DNA of 64,000 bases from Octopus vulgaris (lineage: Eukaryota), in contig OX597814.1 in NCBI GenBank assembly GCA_951406725.2, forward strand, positions 135,098,001-135,162,000, in the 5' to 3' direction. The position numbers were made by a program, and so were the translations under genes. The first letter of the stretch is position 1. Each line of letters opens with the position of its first letter. The notes beneath the pieces are model-generated. The model was not told the DNA's origin and did not search any database. It worked only from the letters and a program-made list of their open reading frames with translations. This document shows positions 43,501 through 49,891 of the stretch, one piece after another.

Positions 43501-44861
43501 AAACACTGCCACATCTGACTGGCCTGGTGCAGCCTTCGGGCTTCCCAGACCCCAGTTGAACCGTCCAACCCATGCTAGCATGGAAAGCGGACGTTAAACG
43601 ATGATGATGATGATGATGATGATATATATATATATATATATAAACACTAACTAATTAACTAAAAGAGAGGTAGGAATCAATTTACAAAGTCCAGTTGAAT
43701 GTTTGATGCAGTATATGCTGGTTTACAGCATTGAGTTCAAATCCTACAATAGATTAGTGTTTCATCCAGAAAAGAGAGATTCTGTCCATATAACTCAGTG
43801 GTTCACAACCATTTCTTGCCTATGGACCCCTTTGATTACTATTCCAGTGGACCCACATAGTCATTTGATTTTTTAAAACTAGTTTTATAGCTATTTCTCT
43901 CAAAATTCCTAACTTGTGTAGGTTGAACTATGTAAAACGTTAGAGACAGAAACCTAGCCGTTTCTTGTAATAAAAACATCCAAAGTAACACTTTTTCATG
44001 GACCCTTAAAATAATACTGTGGATCTCCAGTTTACTATTTTTGCCTGTGTGGACCCTGGTTGAAAACCACTGATATAACTGATGTTATTAATGGGAACTG
44101 AAACAAACTCCATTTACAAATCCAGTTCACAATACTTCTCAGTTAAATTTAGATCATTTCCTATTGTAATTTAAAAGTCTCATGAACTAATGGTGGGAAG
44201 GATGCCACTAAAACTGACATACTATGTCAAAATAATGTTTAACATTAAATAACAGTTAGTGATAATATTACTCTAATATTTTCAAATTGCTGTCAAAAGT
44301 CTTTCATCTACCACAACATTATAAGTTATTACTTTTTAATCCTCAGCAGAATAATGTGAGTGAGTTTCATTAACTGATACAATGCAGTGGAATTCTGCTT
44401 TAAGCATGCCATATAACTCCTCGTTACATTAAAAAAAAATTTTTAGAAAATGTTTGCAAATTTGTTTTCTACATATGAGATTTCACACAGCTATCAAAGA
44501 AAAAAAACTTTTAAAATTTTTTACAAAATTAAAAAAAAAATTACATTATTTAAATTTGATGGATATTTGTCCTTATCTTGTTTGTTGTGAACACAATGTT
44601 ATACCCTCCAGCCTTCATCAGGTGTATCGGGGAAATTTTGAACCTGGGTTCTCATAACTAAGGTATTTTTCGATGTTGTTGTTGTTGCTCTTCTTTTTCT
44701 TCTTATAATTATTCAGGTCACTGCCTGGAATCAAACTTGGAATCTTAGGGTTAGTAGCCCGTGCTCTTAACCACTATGCCATATACCCATGGGCATATGG
44801 AACAGTGGTTAAGAGCACAGGCTAATAACCCAAAGATTCTGAATTCAATTCCAGGCAGTAA

Positions 44862-44918
<57 letters not shown>

Positions 44919-45883
44919 CAACAACAACAACAACAACAATAATAATAACAACAACATATTGTAAAATACCTTAGGAATGAGAGAGAACCCAGGTTTGAAA
45001 TTTCTCCAAAACACCTGATGAAGGCTGGAGGGTTGTGTTAACAACAAACAAGATGAGGGCAAAATATCCGTCAAATGTAGAAGGAAAATTTTTTTTAGTT
45101 TTTAGAATTTTATTTTTAAATCACAGTTTAAAATATGCACAGTCCAAATTTTGGGCTTTAATCCCAGCAATAGACCATTAAATGTGTTTATGGGGAGAAA
45201 GATATTGAAAAACATAAATACATCAGACTGGCAAATAAACAAGGAGAGTATGAGGTGGTCATGAGATGTGCTAAAAATCCCAGCTAATCATGCACCAAAA
45301 AAATTTTTGGGGGTTTATGCATAATCATATGAATTCCCATATGTATAACACAAATTGCAAAACTTTTATGATGATTCCAAAAATTAAAAAGTTAAGTAGG
45401 GTTATATGGTGTGCTTAGAGCAAAATCCGCCTGCAATTCAATGTTAATAGCAATAGTACAGACAGAGGAAACAGTGAATTTAAAGATTAGGCTTTGAACA
45501 TTGGTTTAGTTGATGTAACAAATTCTACATTTTCTAAATTCCAAAACAACACTGTCTACTGCTTTGATTAAATATCAGTATTAAAAAAACACTAACATCC
45601 AATCAAACAATGATATGTTAACACACTTGCACAGTTTCAGTCACCAGGTGGAAGCATAGAGGGTTGAGATTGAGAATTGTGCAAGAGAGTGACACATGCG
45701 AAGAAAGCAATATCAAATACCAAAAGCTTATAAAACAACAATTAGAACAACCACAAGCAAAACAACACCAGCTAAAAGATGCATGTCAAAGACAAGATTC
45801 CTGAGTGATACCTCAGTTTCACTGCTAACGTCTGAAACTGCTTCAAGAGCTTCATGTTCAGGTGAAGAGACTGGGCTTAAACT
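1283..45883 (-). CDS. EEA1: Early endosome antigen 1 (EEA1) orthologue, 22 traced coding exons (816 codons); start codon unresolved, 3' part with FYVE domain outside window
   Basis: All exons have GT-AG ends and compatible phases. The joined protein resembles human EEA1 (recalled, not aligned): EGFICPQCMK zinc finger, LKDEQWYVTELKKELEKYQ, RPEEDDATVLKQELISVQTLM..LEREKE, and KIEAGEGAETAINQLKQEN. Confidence 0.93.
2552..2680 (-). CDS. EEA1: EEA1 coiled-coil exon (QKEELKGKTS...ERELDEN)
   Basis: 129 nt phase 0-0, ttacag acceptor, AAT|GTATGT donor. Confidence 0.87.
3402..3536 (-). CDS. EEA1: EEA1 coiled-coil exon (SELLLASETSRTTERVDLENH...KQEIEQ)
   Basis: 135 nt phase 0-0, CAG|GTTAT donor. Confidence 0.87.
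4085..4960 (-). mobile_element. Old CR1/Jockey-like LINE relic
   Basis: Minus strand LEYCSSIWD at ~4343-4369 and LQSLAYKR motif downstream. Confidence 0.55.
5591..5821 (-). CDS. EEA1: EEA1 coiled-coil exon (NNLTEKVNNLEQELDRK...LQGELQTK)
   Basis: 231 nt phase 0-0, tttctag acceptor, AAG|GTTAG donor. Confidence 0.88.
5942..6312 (+). mobile_element. Family B tRNA-derived SINE; other copies ~10893-11220, 38648-39043, 46838-47010, 61471-61640, 62546-62975
   Basis: Head GTGGCTGTGTGGTAAG..GGTTCGGTCCC (A/B boxes), internal microsatellite, tail GACTGAAACAAGTAAAAGAG. Confidence 0.85.
6532..6585 (-). CDS. EEA1: EEA1 exon (IEAGEGAETAINQLKQEN)
   Basis: 54 nt phase 0-0; conserved EEA1 coil-break motif AGEG. 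Confidence 0.92.
7791..7884 (-). CDS. EEA1: EEA1 coiled-coil exon (EEKLKEMEEQTENLRKDIQRLEVERTDLINK)
   Basis: 94 nt phase 2-0; resembles EEA1 EREDLYAK preceding IQAGEG. Confidence 0.9.
8024..8412. repeat. 23-bp minisatellite (CTCCACACTCGGATGTCACTAAA), ~16 progressively degenerate units
   Basis: Four near-identical units at 8024-8115, then increasing divergence. Confidence 0.85.
8463..8545 (-). CDS. EEA1: EEA1 coiled-coil exon (EKFSDELKAEVREKSTQLQESLRKFAL)
   Basis: 83 nt phase 0-2, AA|GTAAGT donor. Confidence 0.88.
8890..9093. mobile_element. Fold-back element in (TA)n with decayed hammerhead (GAAACAGCTGT type)
   Basis: ~80 bp inverted arms; minus arm CCGATGAA GGGATAT..ATATCTTG GAAAC AGTT GTA; plus arm truncated GAAAC AGCT GTG. 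Confidence 0.68.
9112..9383. mobile_element. Near-perfect ~130-bp-arm fold-back with hammerhead motif (GAAACATATGT type)
   Basis: Loop of about 10 nt at ~9243-9253; plus arm CTGATGAG(9252)..GAAAC ATAT GTT(9329); minus arm has AAAAC ATAT GTC and is 5'-truncated. Confidence 0.78.
9712..9798 (-). CDS. EEA1: EEA1 coiled-coil exon (LQNTLETNQIQVKDLERELEMMNQQFEAK)
   Basis: 87 nt phase 0-0, AAA|GTAAGT donor. Confidence 0.88.
10652..10789 (-). CDS. EEA1: EEA1 coiled-coil exon (LEKTVDERNS...MKQQTDK)
   Basis: 138 nt phase 0-0, tctttcag acceptor, AAG|GTTTG donor. Confidence 0.9.
12280..12447 (-). CDS. EEA1: EEA1 coiled-coil exon (LKEDCKKYQD...ETNERIVK)
   Basis: 168 nt phase 0-0, ttccag acceptor, AAG|GTAAAT donor. 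Confidence 0.9.
12820..13345 (+). mobile_element. RTE-clade LINE RT fragment
   Basis: FIIVLQAITEEFKTGCPWKLLYADDLV..LRINLAKTKVL. Confidence 0.88.
13566..13733 (-). CDS. EEA1: EEA1 coiled-coil exon (FEEELKYYQQ...KLNVENQQ)
   Basis: 168 nt phase 0-0, within ORF 13557..13757. Confidence 0.9.
15056..15161 (-). CDS. EEA1: EEA1 coiled-coil exon (LHSELNSKQSTIHQLELQVEKKNNSVLEIKNEKTK)
   Basis: 106 nt phase 2-0, AAA|GTAAG donor. Confidence 0.88.
15712..16016 (+). mobile_element. Family C tRNA-derived SINE (tandem core); other copies ~2250-2382-, 23643-23860-, 28150-28222-, 31285-31440-, 35030-35240+, 55050-55250+
   Basis: GAGCTGGCAGAATCGTTAGC head and GCCTTTCATCCTTT..GGGTCG.TAAATTAAGTACCAG core. Confidence 0.8.
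16109..16545. mobile_element. MITE with ~85 bp degenerate TIRs
   Basis: TTTCCTATTTG..CTAGAAA..TTCAAATTTTGC versus GCAAAGTTTGAA..TTTCTAG..CAAATAGGAAA. Confidence 0.6.
16858..16926 (-). CDS. EEA1: EEA1 exon (SLKQIGHLEAQLNTLPKSADLS)
   Basis: 69 nt phase 2-2, attttag acceptor, GA|GTAAG donor. Confidence 0.85.
18152..18426 (+). mobile_element. Family A SINE/LINE-tail repeat; other copies ~7280-7692+, 17283-17615-, 19880-20119+, 21300-21600+, 29213-29430-, 32046-32290-, 32810-32894+, 40052-40256-, 43455-43623+, 47124-47361+
   Basis: Shared GAGTGGTTGGCGTTAGGAAGGGCATCCAG..CCAACCCATGCTAGCATGGAAA..(GAT)n, same as RTE 3' end. Confidence 0.85.
19026..19166 (-). CDS. EEA1: EEA1 exon (PEEDDATVLKQELISVQTLMNKVNLEREKEKEDLEKLYNDLHIKHE)
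   Basis: 141 nt phase 2-2; strong resemblance to human EEA1 RPGIEDVAVLKKELVQVQTLM segment. Confidence 0.93.
20361..20419 (-). CDS. EEA1: EEA1 coiled-coil exon (QQLEDKTQQVEKLENQLSL)
   Basis: 59 nt phase 0-2, AG|GTAAA donor; split codon makes R of RP motif. Confidence 0.88.
21122..21208 (-). CDS. EEA1: EEA1 coiled-coil exon (AGDIVTAKALADEVFGQKAALEDHITTLK)
   Basis: 87 nt phase 0-0, tttaacag acceptor, AAG|GTGAAG donor. Confidence 0.87.
22170..23200 (+). mobile_element. RTE-clade LINE 3' end with (GAT)n tail
   Basis: KLKVVDSFRYLG, AMLHGSETW and WYGHV-like motifs, tail ..AAACGACGATGATGAT. Confidence 0.85.
23203..23435. mobile_element. Tc1/mariner-type MITE
   Basis: TIR CAGGGTTGGCCAAAAGTCACC(T/C)GACAGTAAA; TA on left, TG on right. 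Confidence 0.82.
23904..24010 (-). CDS. EEA1: EEA1 coiled-coil exon (AKELRAMASELTETKKQLEEVNQIKAGVEQKAAKL)
   Basis: 107 nt phase 1-0, CTG|GTAAG donor. Confidence 0.9.
24305..24368 (-). CDS. EEA1: EEA1 exon (EREEFEFYRVQMKSFEENQNV)
   Basis: 64 nt phase 0-1, cag acceptor, A|GTAAG donor. Confidence 0.85.
24910..25323 (+). mobile_element. RTE-like LINE 3' end (second family)
   Basis: LRRTERVMVREICGVKL..WYGH-like motif, (GAT)n tail. Confidence 0.7.
25777..25897 (-). CDS. EEA1: EEA1 exon (SQMEELKKQLKDEQWYVTELKKELEKYQEGTDGAIPFTKK)
   Basis: ctcag acceptor phase 2 fits previous exon; AAG|GTAAA donor; alternative phase-0 acceptor gives an exon end at 25890. Confidence 0.9.
28508..28614 (-). CDS. EEA1: EEA1 exon, C2H2 zinc finger 2 (EGFLCPLCKKPLPSQDALEKHYMSVHDGKIPTVEE)
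   Basis: tttttag acceptor, AA|GTAAGT donor, 107 nt phase 0-2, C-x2-C-x12-H-x4-H; frame not shown in ORF track. Confidence 0.88.
30098..30202 (-). CDS. EEA1: EEA1 exon, C2H2 zinc finger 1 (GFICPQCMKTFNSAEILQNHFQEHNVVKRDYADGG)
   Basis: tttcag acceptor, GGT|GTAAGT donor, 105 nt phase 0-0, C-x2-C-x12-H-x3-H. Confidence 0.93.
32896..32995. other. Assembly gap (100 N) within a (GAT)n SINE tail
   Basis: Run of 100 n flanked by ATGATG on both sides. Confidence 0.99.
34359..34745 (+). mobile_element. Family D tRNA-derived SINE with duplicated head; relatives ~48130-48380+ and 55520-55860-
   Basis: Two tandem copies of GGC..TAGTGGTTA(G/A)GGTGTTGGA..GCTCCAGTCCACTCAGC. Confidence 0.72.
34777..35006. 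mobile_element. piggyBac-type MITE (TTAA ends); relatives at ~18089-18586 (SINE inserted), ~19610-20162, ~51734-51963
   Basis: TTAACCCTTTTG..CAAAAGGGTTAA termini. Confidence 0.78.
35470..37130 (-). mobile_element. Penelope-like retroelement fragment (RT C-half, thumb, GIY-YIG endonuclease, 3' pLTR hammerhead), frameshifted
   Basis: GLYRDDTLA RT motif near 36935; YINTGSCHP; PPFSLNIKTRVGKIFL; CSCRGNTTCPLN..VVYKA..YVGATEGPF; WKILEKC..CRLCLAEK..LNSRSE..CLH; hammerhead core at 35513-35587. Confidence 0.88.
38000..38330. repeat. Degenerate ~28-30 bp tandem repeat (CACAGTGTGTGGAATACT core)
   Basis: Recurring TGTGGAATA(C/T) motif at regular spacing. Confidence 0.5.
39762..39966. mobile_element. Mariner-type MITE
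   Basis: GAGGTGCTGAAAAGTTCCTGGC versus GCCAGGAACTTTTTAACACCCTC. Confidence 0.7.
40890..41108. mobile_element. Fold-back element with hammerhead cores in both arms (GAAACCAATTGGTA type)
   Basis: Minus arm CTGATGAA(40972-40965)..GAAAC CAATTG GTA(40895); plus arm CTGATGAG(41026)..GAAAT CAATTA ATA. Confidence 0.72.
41200..43410 (-). mobile_element. Second, older Penelope-like retroelement fragment with Asn/Thr-rich linker and 3' hammerhead relic
   Basis: YINASSNHP thumb motif near 43250; IIWLVIPF..IIDKH (ORF 42139..42588); IYIGTT and DLCLSE GIY-YIG-region motifs; GCATT CTGAAGA..GAAAC AATC ATA AATGC at 41249-41296. Confidence 0.78.
43796..44072. mobile_element. hAT-type MITE with perfect 8-bp TSD
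   Basis: CAGTGGTTCACAACC..GGTTGAAAACCACTG; TSD ATATAACT at 43788-43795 and 44073-44080. Confidence 0.88.
44554..45076. mobile_element. Palindromic head-to-head dimer of a tRNA-derived SINE with CTGATGA-containing tail
   Basis: Centre CCCATGGG (44786-44793); each arm has A-box-like (T/C)AGTGGTTAAGAGC, B-box-like sequence, AAT/AAC microsatellite, then CACCTGATGAAGGCTGGAGG. Confidence 0.78.
45812..45883 (-). CDS. EEA1: EEA1 exon, acidic N-terminal segment SLSPVSSPEHEALEAVSDVSSETE
   Basis: Acceptor ttttttccag, donor GAG|GTATC, 72 nt phase 0-0; supplies the E preceding GFICP as in EEA1. Confidence 0.75.
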
Positions 45884-46186
45884 CTGGAAAAAAAGCAAAA
45901 AGAGTTTATTTATTTTTATTATATTACTCATACAGAGATGTCTGTGACAACATGGTTTGTAGCTAGCATCCCCCTGAGATACAAGACCTCCAAAGAGTCA
46001 ACATTATAGATATTGACCAACTTAAGAATTCAGAATAAAATCACCTGAAACACTGTAAAGATAACAGAATCAAAATTATATCTAAATTCATTTTATAGTA
46101 AAAAAAAAAAAATGCAGGACAATAAATAGCAACATCATTTAGTGATCAGAATGGGACACCGAATCTAACAAACTATTTAAAGATAG

Positions 46187-46648
46187 AGTGGTTGTATACT
46201 GTCAACATAACGTGACAGTCCCATAAGGGAATTACACCACCGCTGTTTAGCCCTATCGGCTCTGATACATTTCCTGTGTCCTTATATTTGCGAAGGGGAG
46301 GCAAGCACCCCCACCTGCTAGGATTCACACCTGAGGACATGCATGTTTCTGGGTCTTAACCCATCATCAGCCCAGGATAGTGAGACCTGCTGGTTGAGAT
46401 GCCTGCCTAGCCTTCGCAAATATATATATTTACAGTGAAATCTATTCACTGGTTACCGTAATTAGAAATATTAAATTTCTAAATGTCTCAAAGAGACATG
46501 AGCGGTGGTGGAGCGATATAGTGGTTGTATAATGTCAACATAACTTGACAGTCCCGTAAGGGAATTACACCACTGCTGTTTAGCCCTAGGAAGCATCGAC
46601 GCTTCCTGTCGGCTTTGACACATTTCCTGTGTCCTTAGATTTGCGAAG
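46187..46648 (-). mobile_element. Retrozyme-like element: ~333-353 bp unit with ~110-130 bp terminal direct repeat and one hammerhead
   Basis: Direct repeats 46187-46295 and 46520-46648 flank the hammerhead-containing hairpin 46284-46423. Confidence 0.65.
46330..46376 (-). ncRNA. Type I minimal hammerhead ribozyme, apparently intact
   Basis: Minus strand reads CCTGGG CTGATGA TGGGT-TAAG-ACCCA GAAAC-ATGCAT-GTC CTCAGG: stem I 6 bp, full core, stem II 5 bp plus tetraloop, palindromic stem III, GUC cleavage triplet. Confidence 0.85.
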
Positions 46649-47425
46649 CAACATTTCTCAAGCCTTTTGCTCTTGCAAACCCCTTGAAATACATTCCCAT
46701 CCCAGAGTACTCCTATATGAAAATTATATATCTTCATTTTCTTTTTTTCTTTTATGAAGTTAAATTTTGTAAGAGAGTAAACCAATCATAAAACTATCTC
46801 TGAATGGTTTGGCAATCCTATATTTAACAGATGACATGACTGTGACTGAGTGGTAAGAAGTTTGCTTCCCAACCACATGGATCCAGGTTTAGTCCCACAG
46901 TGTAGCACCTTGGGCAAGTGTTTTCTACTATAGCTTCGGGCCAACCAAAGCCTTGTGAGTGGATTTGGTAGATGGAAACAGAATGAGGCCCATTGTATCT
47001 ATGTGTGTGTATTTATATTCTTTAAGTTTGTTTATGGGAAACATTTTTGAGTACACACATAAAAGCTCCTATGTTGTTATGATGGTTACAGCCTAGTGAT
47101 TCCAACTTGCAACAACAGTTTTATGGCATGTAAAAAGCACCATCCGATTGTGGCCATTTGCCAGCCCCGTCTGGCACCTGTGCAGGTGGCATGCAAAAAA
47201 CACCCACTATACTCACGGAGTGGTTGGCATTAGGAAGGGCATCTAGCTGTAGAAACACTGCCAGATCAGACTGGGCCTGGCGCAGCCTTCTGGCTTCCCA
47301 GACCCCAGTTGAACCGTCCAACCCATGCTAGCATGGAAAACAGACGTTAAACAATGATGATACTGAATTGTGCTGATATAACATAGGATAAATATAGTAA
47401 TAATAATAATAACAACAACAATAAC

Positions 47426-47856
47426 AATAATCCATGGATGGAATTTATAAATATTTTAATGCATCGCTGTACGTTTTCACAAATCACATGCTTTTTGTGA
47501 CCACAGTCTGCATTCCTGGGAAAATTACAATACAATTTGTATTACCCATGGACATCAGGTGGGTCTCTGTTCATGCATTCATTTCTTCAGGTGATCTAGC
47601 ATTAAAGTTGGAACTAACAAATGTTCAACTGAAGGATTTTTATAAATATTCACCAACTAAAAGGCTCATTGGGTTATGTGGGCAGTCCTGGTGTATTTGG
47701 ATTAATTGCGAACAAAGATCCACCTGATGTCATAGATATTACAAATTGTATTGTAATTATCCCAGGAATGTGGACTATGGTCACAAAAACGTGTGATTTG
47801 TGGAAACACGCATAGCGATACATTAAAATATTTATAAATTCCATCCATAGATTATT
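47426..47856. mobile_element. Fold-back element (~150 bp arms) with variant hammerhead-like motif
   Basis: Inverted arms flanked by (AAT)n/(ATT)n; CAC CTGATGT(47724)..GAAAC ACGC ATA GCG(47817). Confidence 0.62.
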
Positions 47857-48986
47857 ATTATTATCATTGCTATATATATGTTGTATGTGTGTCCCCTCCT
47901 AACAACTGATGTTAGTGTGTTTACATCCCTGAAATTTAGCAGTTCAGCAAGAAGATTGAACAGTCAAGTGTCAGTTTAGTTGGAAAGAAACAATGCAGTT
48001 ATTAATAACAAGAAGAGTTGAAATTAATGCATGCAAGATTTCACAGCTCCGGCATCATTCCTTCATAGTTAACCTATGAAGTTTACAGCCCACCCTTGTA
48101 TTGTTATGCAGAAGTCTGCAAATATATTTATGAGAACATGTAGTCTTGTGGTTAGGGTACTGCACTTATGATCATGAGATTGAGGGTTCAATTCCCAGAC
48201 CAGGTGGTGTGTGGTATTCTTAAGCAAAAGATTTCATCTCTGCAATCACTTTGACATGTGACACTAAGTACCTGTACATGTAATATTGATTTGGTGGAAG
48301 CAATAAGCTACTGTGCATCAAAAACATTTTATCACTAAACAAATCATCTGTGCAGAATGTTCAACGAAAAAATTTCAGAACTGTTTTTGTTGGACTCAAG
48401 AGACTACCATTATTATTAGATGTCATAAAGGAGACAGGAGTAGCATTAGCAAATCTCATAAACTATTTAAAATTAAAATAGTGAAACTGAAAATAAAATA
48501 TATTGTGTCCAGCAAAAAATATCACACAGGGATTAATTTTCATTTGGTGAGGTTGATTTAGCAAAGGGATTTGAGGAAAATTACATAACACTAAATCTAC
48601 ACTACCAAATGATTTATTTTTGATATTAAATGGAATATAAATTAAATATTTTGACAAAACATAATGCCCCAATCTCACTGAAACTGATGAGACTTAACTA
48701 GGTTGAAACACCAGCCCTTGAGTTGTTAGACTTGCTTGTTTTCTTCAGGGATTAAAAATCCAAAGTTGTTTTTAGATTAAGGTTGGGAAAACTTTCTGAT
48801 ATAAAATTGTTTCCTATGTTTTGTGCATGTTACATTATTTTCTTCAAACACTATTTGTCAAATCTATGTCACTAGAGTATCTGTCCCCATCCTTTTTTTG
48901 TACTCATGTAAAACAATTAATCCAGACTAGGCAATCATGCTTGTAACAAAACACAATAAAGTGCAAAATAGAAAATACATGTTAGC

Positions 48987-49170
48987 GTGGATGTTCTGCT
49001 AGAACAAACTTTACTGTGTGGATGGCATGAGAAAAACTCTCATACAGGCTTTTGGTACAGAATGCATGCTGGTGATATAAACAAACAAGTGTGCATTCTG
49101 CACCAAAAGTCTGTATGAGAGCTTCTCCCATGGTATCTCTGCAGTAAAGTTTGTTCTAACAGAACATCCA
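48987..49170. mobile_element. Fold-back/MITE-like inverted repeat, no hammerhead seen
   Basis: GTGGATGTTCTG..GAATGCA arm versus TGCATTC..CAGAACATCCAC, ~80 bp arms. Confidence 0.65.
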
Positions 49171-49891
49171 CATTTAAGTGGGAATAAATATTAACCTCAA
49201 AGTGCATAATGTATAATTTAATTATTACATATATGATGCAAAAACACCCTGTAGATTGCAATAGTCAATAAATTAGAAATAACATTAAAAAATTAATTTT
49301 TTCTGTATGGCCATGAGCTGTGGATCATGTGGTACCAGGTTGCCATTTGTGTAGTGGCTGGAAACCACTACACTAAATGATGCATTATGAATATAGACTG
49401 ATGTATAGTCTCACTGAGTTTATAACTTCACTAAAGCTGATAAAAGTCAAGCAGATCTAAATTGTGATTCTTTAGTTCACTCTAGGAGTTATTACTCCAG
49501 CATTATTTTAGAGCCGGACTATGATAATTTCTTATATAAAATTTAGATTAATTTGTGCTTCTATTTTCTCCTGCTGAAAAAATACTTAGGATAAGAGGTT
49601 AAAATAACACAAGGTATTATAGAGTTAGAATTTGTTGATAAAAGAAAACCATTTATACTGTGAACAGCCGAAGAATTTATAAACTTCAAGAGAATATGAA
49701 ATAATTCTCTTTTGGAATGGTGAAACTCAAAGAAGATAAAGCTATAAAAAATAAAGTTTCTAAAGTAGAGAAATTCAAAGGATTGCTTTGGACCCATAGT
49801 AGAACACCTGTCAGGTTTACTGAAGATATAAGTTTGAGTTCCACAGGTAACCTTTAACCTTTTCCATCCAAAGGGTTTTCTAACTCAATCA

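Noticed and set aside
44715-44865. Pair of tRNA genes
   Set aside because: Only A/B-box-like heads, with no intact acceptor stem or consistent anticodon arm; SINE-derived
44751-45074. Poly-Leu / poly-Asn ORFs
   Set aside because: Translation of (AAT)n/(AAC)n inside the palindromic SINE
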